DNA of 64,000 nt from Eukaryota sp. TZLM1-RC. Its lineage: Eukaryota > Protista > Metamonada: BaSk clade. The notes below the pieces were generated by a model that was not told the DNA's origin, ran no database searches, and saw only the letters and a program-made list of their open reading frames with translations. Every line of letters begins with the position of its first letter. Within the stretch, counting starts at the first letter, position 1. Made by a program: the position numbers and the translations under genes. This document shows, piece after piece, positions 23,494 through 34,689 of this stretch. The stretch covers positions 124,001 to 188,000 of the forward strand of contig JAUPSS010000009.1 in the NCBI GenBank assembly GCA_040285825.1, written 5' to 3'.

Positions 23494-23609
23494 CGGCTAA
23501 TAACACAAAACGTCAAACAGTGGTAACCTGTTGAGATTGATGGAGGACGTGGATAAAATGAACTGAGATGCTGAACTACTCAGTTGGAGAATTCTTACAA
23601 AGTAAATGG

Positions 23610-23708
23610 AAAGTGAGGGGAAAGTGTGGGAATAGTGAAAACCTCCCAAAACCAAGTTGAGGGTTAAAAACCTCCCAGAATAGGCAACCAGAAGTCGAAA
23701 ATGGGTGA
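23610..23708 (+). repeat. Conserved upstream block of Fanzor family A
   Basis: Second copy at 16766-16865. It ends about 40 nt before the Fanzor ATG. Confidence 0.8.
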
Positions 23709-23749
23709 CAAGTGTAAAATTTGATAGATGAGCTCTTTATTCTCACTAC

Positions 23750-25704
23750 ATGACAGACACCCCCTCTGTATCACGTGTATTCACTCGGTCTTGTGCACTT
23801 AACTCGCTGCTGACCCCTGCAGCGGTGCAACAAATTCGGACTGACCTTCCTGTGGTCACCGAGATTTGTCATGAAGCGTCTTTATTACTTCAATCTTTTC
23901 TTCTAAATTTTCCGTTGGCATCAAGAGCTTTGTTGGAACAGGATGTATGGTATCTGTTTATGACCGTCATCACCACTGGTTCTTTTCCAAAGCCTTCCAC
24001 ATCTAAAGGCCAACGCCAATTACTCCATATCTTTTACAATGGATTTCTTCCTGAATGCCCACAAGACAGGTCTCTTGTTTCTGTGTGGGAAAATTCTTTA
24101 GTGCCTTACAGAAATTCATTCAATCTTTTCCTCAATGATTGGCTGCAGTCCCAGAACTGTAATTTTATCAATAGAAAAGGGCTTTCTTCTTATCTTGCCT
24201 GTCGTGCTCGTCAATTGGCCTCCAACGTTAAGACATGTTTACCCAAAATTTGTCAATCCTGGACAAAAACTTTATTCGTGCTCATTGTAGAGCCCTGAAT
24301 AAAACAAATGTCTTTGCAAATAATATTCTTTCACTTTTTGCCAGATGAACTACTAGCCCAACCCGAGGAAGTAGTAGTTGATTCTGTTCTTGAATACCTC
24401 ATCAATTTCAATTTGAATAATTCAAGAGAAAGATTTTTTTATTGAATGCATGTAGGTTTATCTTGAATCTCTTTCAAAGATTTCCTACCACTGCCTCCCT
24501 ACTGTCCTCACATGATAAAATCACTTTTTCATCAAAGGAAATTAGTGAGCTTTTTCTCTTCAATCTTAAAATTTCACAATACTTACTCACTTTCTTTTCT
24601 CATATGCATTGCTGGAAGAAATTTAGAATAATACCTTTAGCTTCTCATAAAGGTTCTAAATTTATTGAGGTACCTTCACAAATTTTCCAATCTGTGAAAA
24701 AATTTCCAATTATTGAAGGATCATCTTCCAAAACAAAGTTTATCAAAAATACATGTCTGAAACGAGTATTCAAACAATGTCCTTACCAAAAATTCAATAT
24801 CAACAGAAAAAGTTTGAAAAATAGATTTAACAAAATTTTATTGAAAACTAATGGTAATGAACTGCTTTTGACCTTTGAAGGTAAAAATAATGACTCAGAA
24901 AACACAGATGAGCTGGATGAACCACCGAAAAAGAAAAGAAGATCAAAAAGTGAAATGAAAAGTGACCCTAATGCCAACAAAACCAGAGAAACACAGTTGA
25001 AGGGTACTAAAAAAATGCCCCGTCGAAGACGTAGACATCCAGTCGAAATTTTACCTGAAAGCCCCCTTATCGGCGTTGATCTTGGCCAATCAAGATTATG
25101 TGGTTACTTCTTAAATGATAATCAATGTGGAGTTATCCCTTGTCCAACTGGCAGAAGATACATGACAAAAAATTCACCCAGTAAACACTCTCCCAACCAA
25201 TATTCCGTTCAAAATTTCAACCAATATTTGAACCATTGGAATTTGGTCAGGAGGAAAGTGTATTTGGAAAGTAATCGCCAGAAATGGAAAATAATTAAAT
25301 TTGATAACCGCAGACGAAAAGAGAGACGGTTCAGAGAGAGTCTCAACAAATTTCAAAGTCTGGCTGGACATCCTGAAAAACTCTATCTTGCTGTGGGTTC
25401 TGCTAATTTCCCTTCTCATTGCCGAAAAGTCAATCGATATGGATCAGCAAGGGCTTTCAGAAAATGGTTGTGTTATCAAAAGGACGTGAAGCACTTGTCA
25501 ACCAGTGAATTTAATACAAGCAAAATGTCAAGTTGTTGCAAGGCCGAGAATATTCAAGCAGGCTCATGGCAGATGCGTATTTGTACTGAGTGTCAAACAG
25601 TATATGACAGAGATATTTCCGCTGCAAAGAATATTCAAATTAAGAAAAAAGCGGAATTGTGGCCTGAAAGATACATTTGCCCAGAAGCTCTGTTGAGGAG
25701 ATGA
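23750..25704 (+). CDS. Fanzor1 (TnpB-like RNA-guided RuvC endonuclease), family A; ~651 aa after correcting three homopolymer indels
   Basis: FRIIPL..SKFIEV (WED-like), NLS-like PPKKKRR and PRRRRR, LIGVDLG (Asp 25078), LAVGSA, TSEFNTSK (rearranged Glu 25507), SCC..CTEC Zn finger, DRDISAAKNI (Asp 25612). Frame breaks at A5 24265, T5 24335 and T7 24434. Confidence 0.88.
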
Positions 25705-25800
25705 GTGGGGAACCTGAGCATACAGAAGCAAAAACTTTGGAAAAACTTATATTTTATTTTGAGTTTTTTATTTGATTTTTGATTTTATTGAAAAACTTTT

Positions 25801-26024
25801 GAGACCGATCTACAAATACCTTAGTAGCATTTGGTAGATCCACTTAGATACATCAAGTCGCGAGGCTTTGTTCTGTAAATGCAGTAGGTGTATTTAAGTG
25901 AGGTAGCCCATTGATGAAGATCATGATTGTCTTTGTCAAATGATGCTACATGTCTCTTACAGCCTGTGAGTAGACATTGAGAAAGTTGAAAACAGGAGTG
26001 AATTTCACAGAGGAATGCATGATA
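25801..26024 (+). ncRNA. Putative Fanzor A omegaRNA scaffold, copy 1
   Basis: Stems: GATCTAC 25807/GTAGATC 25834; CACTTAGATACATC 25841/GGTGTATTTAAGTG 25887 (14 bp with two G-U pairs, so plus-strand RNA); GTAGC 25903/GCTAC 25945; ATGTCT 25950/AGACAT 25972. Conserved at 18158-18380. Confidence 0.7.
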
Positions 26025-26110
26025 AGTGAAATTCACAGTAGTACTTCCACAACTGCTTTCCCACCATTCATCCCACACTAATTTCATTGTGATAGACATT
26101 ATCTGTAACA

Positions 26111-28789
26111 ATGGATGTCTTGACTGCCAGACTTACAGCTTTCCGATATGTACTTGAAGAAGAACGTTCTGACTGGGCTAATCTCATTTCCAAAGAGTTT
26201 AATGAGTTACGTGAAGAAGTCATCACTAAACTTGATACAATCAGTTCCTTCAAACTTGAACAACTATCTCCAACTCAAGTGCGTCTCTATTTGCCCCCTG
26301 ATTCTATTGAACTTAGGCAGTACATTCTCTCTCTTGAACGATACAAGTCTGAACATGGTACCCTCCTCTCCAAGCTTAATGACCTCACTCAGTTCTCCAA
26401 CGATAGCTCCAATAAGCTAGAAGAGTTTAGATCCAAACATCATTTACTTTTAAACCGAACAGTAGCCCTTGAACGCGAAGTTGAACGACATAAACGTGCC
26501 GAGGAAAGATATGAGCAGAAGATCAAATCATTGAGCAGCAATGCTATGAAACTGGTAGCTGGGCTCCCAAAGCAAAGAATCACGGAACTGGAGGAAGAGT
26601 TGAAGAGTAATAGTGAATATATTAAGAAAATAGAAAAGGAATTTTCTGGAATGTGTTGTTTGGTACAAGAGAAGACCAATTTAGTTCGTGATTTAGAAGA
26701 AAAGAATTCTTCGCTTATATCTTCCAAATTAAGCTTGGAAAACGAGTTGGAATCAACTAGGAAAGAATTAAATGCCTCTGAAGGAAGAATTTCCGAAGTT
26801 TCTGATATTAATTTGAAATTGATCAAGGAAAATGCTGATTTAAATGATAAAACTGGTGAACTGAATGAAATGATCCAAAATTTGAGTAATGATAACCAAA
26901 TTTTGAACAAAGAGCTCAGTCAACTCAAGTCAAGATCAGAATCTTTTGAAGAGAAGTTGAGTGAATTATCAAGCGAAAATACTTTTTTGCTAGATGAATT
27001 AAACCATGCTAATACGAGCTTATCTCAGTTAAAAGCAGAAAGTGAAACGTGCTTGATGACCTCTGCTGACGTGGAATCCCGACTACAATCAATTAATTTT
27101 GATAGAAGTCAAGTTGATCAATTCAAACAGCAAGTATCCTCACTCAAAAAGGAAGTTAAGCAGAAAACTACTTTGGCAAAGAAAAATGGCGGGAAAGTTG
27201 TTAATTTAGAGAAACAAATAGCTGATCTTGAATCTAAATTAGACAGTGAAAAAGAAATGACTTTTGATTTAAAAGAAAAGCTTGATATTGTGAATCATGA
27301 GCTGGAAATTTATAAAAGAGAAGTCAACAATCTTGAATTAAATAATGAAGAATTGAGCGAAATGTTATCAAAATCAAGAGTTGAGGTTACTTCCATTAAT
27401 ATTAGGTCAAAGGAACTGGATTCTGAGAACAAAGAGCTCAAAAATGAAAATTTGAAGTTGTCAGACAACCTTACACTTCTTCAATCCAACTACAACTCGT
27501 TGGTTTCAAGGGAGAATGCGCTCAAATTCGCTTTAAAACATTTGGAAGCTGAACTAGGGTCTCCTAAAACCTTATTTTTTGCTGAATTAAATACCAATTT
27601 AGAGAAACAATTAATGGGAGCAAATGATTATTATTCTAAACAGGTGGTTTTAATTGAAGATCAGAAAGAATCAATTGCTGAGTTGTCGAGTGTTAATCAA
27701 AAAATAATGGCTCAAAATCATACATTAATCAACAATCAAATGACTGACCGGTCAACAATCAAACAGTTACAATCGGCAGCTACTGGATTAGAAAGGAAAC
27801 TGGAATTGTTTCTCACGAATAAGTCAAACAATCAAAATAGCAATCAACAGTCCCAGCCAGTCAGAAACACTTTGACTCTTCAAGAAATCACGTCATCAAA
27901 CGTGCTTAACTCTTTGTTAAACACTTGTAGCGAGTTGAAAAAGGAAGATTCAATCGAAACTGCTTTGATTACCCTCAATTATACCATGGTTTCTCTCCAA
28001 GATCAGCTTGTGAATCAACAGAATAATGAGAGTTACGAGATGATGGTGTTCAAAATGAAAGAATCGCTTGAAGGAGCAGAAGTTGCAATTTCTTCTCTAT
28101 CAAATAAGCTCAGTGTTGCTGATGAATTGAACTCTATGTTAGAGAATGATTTAAATTCTATGAAGTTGGAGCATAAGCGACTTCTGGATCACTTGTATTC
28201 AAGGTTTAAGAAGACTGTAGCCCAGTACTCTAGCAAGTTTAATGAGGTTTCTCACTCAAATTTTGAACTTCTACGGGAAAACTATAGGTTAACAAACATT
28301 TTTGAAATGTCAATGCATGACGTTAATAGTGGAATCGACCTCAGTAGCTCTCAATTTGACTTGCTCAAAAGAGTCTTTGCTGAATTTAATGAATTATCTA
28401 CGGTGCTAAGCTCAAATGATGCTATTAGAAAGCAAAATATAGCCAAGTTTAGTCGAAGTATCCACAGATTGGAGGCTGAAAATAAACAACTAAGGGAAGA
28501 AATCACTTCTTTGACAGACAGAAACACGGCTTCTACGTCGCTTCATGAGCACAGAGCTGGCCTTTTGAAAACATTGAGGATTAACTATCGTTCATTACAA
28601 GCTGATTTCGATACATTAAAGCAAGAACAAGCTTGGTTGGTCCGGGAAAATGAACGCCTTTTGGGAGAAAAGGCTCAATTTGATGATCTTTTCCTTCGAA
28701 TCATTAGAAAGAGTCATGGTAGTATTCAAGGTTTGCTTGAGGAGTTGAAAGCTTTACGACAAAAATTTTGTACAGATAAGCATAATTAA
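26111..28789 (+). CDS. Long coiled-coil protein of unknown function (892 aa)
   Basis: Uninterrupted ORF, E/K/L/N-rich heptads, no catalytic motif recognised. Confidence 0.85.
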   Translation: MDVLTARLTAFRYVLEEERSDWANLISKEFNELREEVITKLDTISSFKLEQLSPTQVRLYLPPDSIELRQYILSLERYKSEHGTLLSKLNDLTQFSNDSSNKLEEFRSKHHLLLNRTVALEREVERHKRAEERYEQKIKSLSSNAMKLVAGLPKQRITELEEELKSNSEYIKKIEKEFSGMCCLVQEKTNLVRDLEEKNSSLISSKLSLENELESTRKELNASEGRISEVSDINLKLIKENADLNDKTGELNEMIQNLSNDNQILNKELSQLKSRSESFEEKLSELSSENTFLLDELNHANTSLSQLKAESETCLMTSADVESRLQSINFDRSQVDQFKQQVSSLKKEVKQKTTLAKKNGGKVVNLEKQIADLESKLDSEKEMTFDLKEKLDIVNHELEIYKREVNNLELNNEELSEMLSKSRVEVTSINIRSKELDSENKELKNENLKLSDNLTLLQSNYNSLVSRENALKFALKHLEAELGSPKTLFFAELNTNLEKQLMGANDYYSKQVVLIEDQKESIAELSSVNQKIMAQNHTLINNQMTDRSTIKQLQSAATGLERKLELFLTNKSNNQNSNQQSQPVRNTLTLQEITSSNVLNSLLNTCSELKKEDSIETALITLNYTMVSLQDQLVNQQNNESYEMMVFKMKESLEGAEVAISSLSNKLSVADELNSMLENDLNSMKLEHKRLLDHLYSRFKKTVAQYSSKFNEVSHSNFELLRENYRLTNIFEMSMHDVNSGIDLSSSQFDLLKRVFAEFNELSTVLSSNDAIRKQNIAKFSRSIHRLEAENKQLREEITSLTDRNTASTSLHEHRAGLLKTLRINYRSLQADFDTLKQEQAWLVRENERLLGEKAQFDDLFLRIIRKSHGSIQGLLEELKALRQKFCTDKHN

Positions 28790-29569
28790 TTAAGCATTTT
28801 ATTTAAATTAAAAGTTTGTATTTTTATTGTTTTGGAATAGTTGTAATGGATATTTGGTAAATTTTGACATTTACATAAACACACTAGACAGTTTTATGGA
28901 AAGTACACAGTTGAATCAATTGTGTTTCAACAACCACACTATTATTGCTATATAAACCAAATGATCGGCTGCACATTGATGGAAGCAGAATTGTACTGTA
29001 GAGATGTACAACGCTGATGAATGTTCGATAAGGAAGAATTTCAAAGAGAAGGTCTTCCTCTAAATAACACTGTCGTGTTCCGCCTATTTGCTACAAAGCA
29101 CACTTAGTTCTTTATAAGAGAACTATAAGAAAGAAGGTGCAAAACTGACATCCTTGACAAGAATTGAAAATTGCGGTCTTTCCAAAACTAGCTCCGTATA
29201 TTATACAAAAAACTTTTCAATGACACAACAACGTTGAAAAATGTATTTAAAAGCTAACAACACCTTCAAACCCTATCTATTCAACAAATCAGTCTGATGC
29301 TAGAAATTCGAGAAATTGAACCAATTACGATGACAAATTAATTCCACCATTAATGTCAAAATCTATAAATAAATAAGAAAACAGTAACATTCCTTTAGTC
29401 CAAGAACGACCGAACTTGATTTCCTCAGTAACAATTAGTTTGTTCCACCTTGTTAAACTCCACAATAAACCATAACTAAATCTTTAACTTTCTAAACCCC
29501 GATCAATTGTATGACGAAAGGTTATCGTCATTCACTCGAATAAATTATTTACAAATTGATTCTGGGGAA

Positions 29570-29998
29570 TTTCACATCAAAGGAGGAGGGTGATTTGTTT
29601 TTCGTTCTTTTGGCTTTAGCGACAGGCCAGAACATTTCAAACACAGTCCAGAACGTTCAAAAACAGTGACAGAATGTCGGAAAGAAACAGCAGTCCAACC
29701 ACAAAGATTGCTGTGGTTGGGATCATTGGTTACCAAAAACAAATTTTCATCGAAATCCCTGTAATTGGGCTGTTTATCCACTTGTAACCGTGGTCATCGC
29801 TGTGGATTTGCTTTTCTATAAACATAACGTTTTCTTTTCCTTTTAGAGTTGCGATAATCATAATTTTCAGAGACACATCTCGACTCAAATTCCGCAGCAG
29901 TAGGCCGACTATGTGCTGTTCTTGCCCTTTGGGTGAACATGAACCGCTAAAAATCACATTTGAAATAATGGAACAGTTAATAATTTAGATTTATCAAA
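29570..29998 (-). pseudogene. Fanzor family B-like remnant, RuvC-I part (continues beyond the MULE at 31938-32840)
   Basis: TNDPNHSNLCG...LKPKERKTNH matches AIDPNHSNLCG...LAPKQRKINH of 13560-13672. Confidence 0.7.
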
Positions 29999-31937
29999 GG
30001 GAAAACACCAAAATCCACATGATTAAATCAATTTCCATCAAAATCCACAACAACATTATTTCCATCTTTTTCATCAAAAACCACAAAAATGACTATTGCT
30101 CTTAATCTTAACAAACTTAAAGCTTCTGAACTTATATCCATCTCAGTGAACGATACTTTCGAATCTCGTGACAAAATGATAACAACTCTGTATCAATATG
30201 GTATTGAAATCAACAAAGAGTTCTTTCCTGCTCAAAATAACAACAAGGCCCGCTGGGAAATCAGGTGTGATGATGAGAAGTGTCCCTTTCGTTTTATTGC
30301 GACGTCCCCTCTTGATTGCGATGTTTGGATTGTTACGAAGTTCGTCAAGCACAACACACCTTGTCAAGCACAATCAAAAATCACGTTCCTGCGAAAATTG
30401 TTGCCCATATGTTGAAAGAGGATTTCAGACGTTGTGGATTAGTATCTCCAACTAGAATGCAAAGGATGTCTGACATGCCGATCAATCATAACGCATAAAC
30501 TAGAGTGGTAAAAGAAGCACAAATGTTGTTATATGGAGACACGGAGAAGTCCTTCAGCCTACTACCTCGTTACTTCGAACGTTTAAAACAGAAAATGCCA
30601 GGAACTGTGGCTTTTGTTGAAGCAGGTGAGAGGTGAGTTGTTGACGCAAATGGACAAACATTCCCGCTAGCGTTTGGAGTTGTTGATACTGAAAATACAG
30701 CAACTTGGTCGTGGTTTCTAGATCATCTTCGCAACACAATTCTTATCTCAGGTAGTTCAATCTTTTCTGAACGGCAAAAAGGTCTGATCAATGCAGTGAA
30801 GGCTGTACTTCCTGGATGTCCTCATGCATTCTGTGTAAAACATCTTGCTGATAATGCAACAGGTAAAGAATCAAAAAAAGCTAGGCCCTTTGTTTTCCGA
30901 CTAGCAAAAGTGAAAAATCTCAATGACTACAACGATATTCAAAAAGAAATGGCGATTGTCTCGCAGACGGCAGCGCAATATATCGAAAAGACGGCAGATT
31001 CTCAACACTGGGTCGAGTATATGTTTCCTGGAAACAGGTGGGCACATACCACAAGTAACGTCGTGGAATCACTCAATGCTGCTATCAACGAAGCCAGAGA
31101 ACAACCAATTGTTCAAATGTTTGATAGCATCAGAGCAATGCTTGGAAGATGGTTTGTATCAAGACGAAGAGAAGCAAGAGCAATGATTGAATTCCTTTGA
31201 GTTCCAAGAGCTGTTAAGATTCTTGAGGAGAGTTTGATGTTGTTGCGTGAGTTAAGATCTATTGAAGTTGATGATGATGAGCTTGAGGTCATAGACAGGG
31301 GTAGAGTGTTCAACGTTGATATTGGGGAAAAGAGTTGTAGTTGCTGTGATGGGAAAGAAGGAATTCCATGTGCTCACTTGCTGATGTCATTGACAAGGAA
31401 CGGTTCAAGAGCAATTGAATACTGTGCACCACAGCACTTTTCTTTAAGGTAATTACTTGCCTACGAGGGGAGAATATTATCTGTTGATCATGTTGCGTTG
31501 GAGAGTAACGTTGAATCTGATAAAAGTGCATTGGAAGTAAATGTTAGCGGACCTCCAATTGCCAAGCCGAGAGTGGGCAGACCAAAGAAAGTTCGTATGA
31601 GGAATGCAAGTGAGGAAAAAGCAGGAAGTAAGCCGAGAAGATCTCAAACTTCATTAGAGCCAGCTCAGATACGCATTTATAAGTGTGGTTTATGTGGAGA
31701 AGTAAACCATAACAAAAGAGGTTGTCCGAATCAATAGTTTATTGTATCATAAGAAGCAGTTGAATAGAGATGTTCAATAAAGACGATTTTGATCAACCAA
31801 CTTGAAAAGACTTGGGTCACGTCATAAGTGGATTTTCATTACAGGTTCTGGATGATGTGGATTGTGAAAATTACTTAAAGAAATGTTTGTGGATTTTGAT
31901 TAAAAATTGTGGTACGTGTGTATTTTGGTGTTGTCCC
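29999..31937 (+). mobile_element. Mutator-like (MULE) DNA transposon with a degenerate transposase
   Basis: TIRs GGGAAAACACCAAAATC... and ...TATTTTGGTGTTGTCCC; 9-bp TSD TTTATCAAA (29990-29998, 31938-31946); C....CPF..H domain, FCVKH, TSNVVESLN, SWIM CSCC..IPCAH, terminal CGLCGEVNHNKRGC. Confidence 0.92.
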
Positions 31938-32840
31938 TTTATCAAAAAACTGATAAAAGTTAATCAGAAGCTCTTTGGTTTCATTTACTTTCGTGAAATA
32001 TGCTTCGCCTTTTCTATCCAAACTGTAGCAGCATGAAGATCAACTGAATAAAGGTGAGAGAGAGTGCGTTTCCATGACCACATGGCACTTATCTTCAAGA
32101 AAGGATAAAATAATCAGTCATGACAGAAAATTTGTCACCGCAGTTTCCATATTGATTGTAAATTATTCAGTTCAGATCGAGGTTTCCAATGTATTTTGAC
32201 CCCTGCCAGTTTAGAAAGTTTCTGTCATATTTGGCCGGCGGTTCAAAAGATGCTGGTGCATTCTCGATACCGTTGTAAAATTGACTCATCCGGCTGAACA
32301 TTTTGAAATACACAATTGACGTAATTTTCGGGTCTAGGACAATTGTGACACTGGGCACAACTCTTGAAAATACTGTATTTTCAAACAACAGGACGGTCAG
32401 CCCAAAACTGGCAAACAGCTTCCCTCAATTGGATAGTTCGACAGTCAAGATGACTTGAATGGCACCATAATCTACCGCCGTCGGCTGACGTGGTTTGATA
32501 CAGTGGGCCTGAACAAGATGTTGCAGCGCTTGAAAAACCGGAGGATGGTCTTGGATTGGCCTCTTTTGTTTGGGTTCTCTTTCAAAAACAAAGTCGCAAC
32601 AGAGGCTCCAGAACTGGCTTTGAATAAGTCGCGCAAAGTGTTCTGGGTATTGGAGCCAATACAAGCAGAAACTTGGAACCGGCGTTCCATAGCGTTCTCG
32701 TGCCTCTGAACCAAAAAACTGGTTGACAGACACTCCAACAGTTGTGGTTTGTAGAGCGTCGTTCATGAGAGTCAACACAGATGGGAAACAGCTGGAAAAG
32801 ATCAAACAATGGTTTCCTTAAATTGAAAATTTGGGAAGAC
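31938..32840 (-). pseudogene. Probable N-terminal part of the Fanzor B-like element split by the MULE
   Basis: Made contiguous with 29570-29998 by the TSD. Broken minus-strand ORFs 32425-32805 and 32167-32388. Confidence 0.4.
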
Positions 32841-33419
32841 ATTGAGGACTATGAAATCAACAAGCTCAATGACCCCGTTGATGACCCGACTCACCCCTAT
32901 GTACTCCGACACAGGAAGAAATCAGGAATCCTGACTTCCGTCCGAGAACTATACTAGACCAACTGCTGATGAATGGAGATCGCCGAGCCCTGAGCCGCAA
33001 CAAGTTTGATTTTTTTTATAAGAAGGCAAAAAAGGATAATGGGATTAATTGAAAAAATTAAACTAATGGCTAATGGAAGAGAAACCATAATTTAATTTGG
33101 TAGTGGAGGTGATGGGCCATCAAGACAAGCTGTGAAAACCCCAAGGAAGCGCTTTTTGAAGGAAATTCAGAAACATTTTACATATGTGAAGCCTAATGGA
33201 GATGAATTCTACACATCTGCCAAAACGAATTGCTGTAAGGTATTCAATCAAAAGTTGTATCACGATGATGGGAGGGTGAACAATGATAAGTTTGTATGCC
33301 CTCAATGTAGGACACTCTAGTCGAGGGACATCTCGGCTTCCAGAAACCAACTGGAGATTGCCATAAATGAGCACTACCACAATGAAAGACCTGAGGCCTT
33401 CCGGAGACCCCGTAGATAA
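32840..33419 (+). pseudogene. Fanzor family B C-terminal remnant
   Basis: DFFIRRQK, FGSGG, KTPRKRFLK, GDEFYTSAKTNCC, CPQC...SRDISASRNQLEIAI..RPEAFRRPRR*, colinear with 13750-14260. Confidence 0.85.
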
Positions 33420-33576
33420 GTGCTTTTCCATGTATTGCGTACCTGTACGCGTATTGTGATGTTGCTGCTTTAACTATCATTTGATCGTGATATCATATAG
33501 TGATAGATCTAAAGTATGCTTAACGTCTATCAAGATTGCATGAATTGGTCAAAAGCCGGAAGTGCGTTTTGATAGA
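33420..33576 (+). ncRNA. Putative Fanzor B omegaRNA scaffold
   Basis: Stems GCGTAC/GTACGC, CTATCATT/AGTGATAG, and terminal TCTATCAAGA 33526/TTTTGATAGA 33567, directly after the Fanzor stop. Single copy in the window. Confidence 0.45.
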
Positions 33577-33622
33577 AATTCACAGTACTAATTTTCCTTT
33601 ATACCCTTAGTATTTTTCTTAC

Positions 33623-34201
33623 ATGGCATCTTTACAAGCTTTGAAAGAGATCTTTCCAACTGTGGAAGATGATGTAATTATATCTGTTCTTGAGCAATGT
33701 AGCAATAACACCGACCTTGCAGTGGTGGCTCTTCTTCAACTTACTGACGACACTTTCTCTGATAATGTGTTCCCTACTCGGTCGGACGAGCAACTTCAAG
33801 TTCAAAGGGACGAAGCTTATGCTGCAGCTCTCCAACGGCAAATACTACATGAAAGCATGGGCTATAACGGAGGTTACACAAACCCGGCTGTTACAGACGA
33901 GCTCCGTAATCGTCTTCCAGGAACTGGAATAGGGCAAAAACTGGGTGTTGCTGCTAAGTCCACAGTTCGAGGTTTCAAGAAGCTAGCTGGTAAACTTCGC
34001 CCTACAGGATCTTACGAAAGGGTTGGGGATGATCAGGATGACGTTGCTGATGATGGAATTGCACTTTCTAATACTAACCAACCCAACTCTGAAATGTCCG
34101 AACTTCCATCTGTCCCCTCTCTACGTAGACGACATGCAGAGAGGGAGGAAGACGATCTTTTGGACGTGGAGCTACCATCTTTTTCTTCTAAGAATAGGTA
34201 A
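33623..34201 (+). CDS. CUE (ubiquitin-binding) domain protein
   Basis: LQALKEIFPTVEDDVIISVLEQCSNNTDLAVVALLQL, then Q..RDEAYAAALQ. Confidence 0.88.
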   Translation: MASLQALKEIFPTVEDDVIISVLEQCSNNTDLAVVALLQLTDDTFSDNVFPTRSDEQLQVQRDEAYAAALQRQILHESMGYNGGYTNPAVTDELRNRLPGTGIGQKLGVAAKSTVRGFKKLAGKLRPTGSYERVGDDQDDVADDGIALSNTNQPNSEMSELPSVPSLRRRHAEREEDDLLDVELPSFSSKNR

Positions 34202-34689
34202 CACGCTCAGTCATTTTGTAAATACTTTCACTGATCTTTTATCAAGGATTCTTTAATAAAACATGCTTTATTACATACTTTTATTGTCTACATTTGTGCT
34301 TTATCTACATTTTGCGTTTATAATTAATAAATTTTGATTGTGCTTTGTACTTTCACAAAATAATTTAGATGTTACTTGCTATGAAGAGGACAAAGTTTTC
34401 TACTTTTGTTTTACTCAAGCAGTGGTTGAATTGAATTTTTCTCTAAAGTTGAAACCGAAATTGGTTTGTGCATCAGAAATCACTAATATCTGACGCTTTT
34501 TTTATCAACAAAGCATCAAGAACATGATGCAGAACCTGATCAAAGTTCAGCAACTCAATTATTAGTTAGGAGTGGTATTGAACTCCACTTTTCCAAATGT
34601 TGAATAGTGAAAAACTATTAAGGAACTGTGGGCTAACGTTCTCAATTGAAGTAATACAAACTTCTGATGCACTACAAATTAAAAACATA

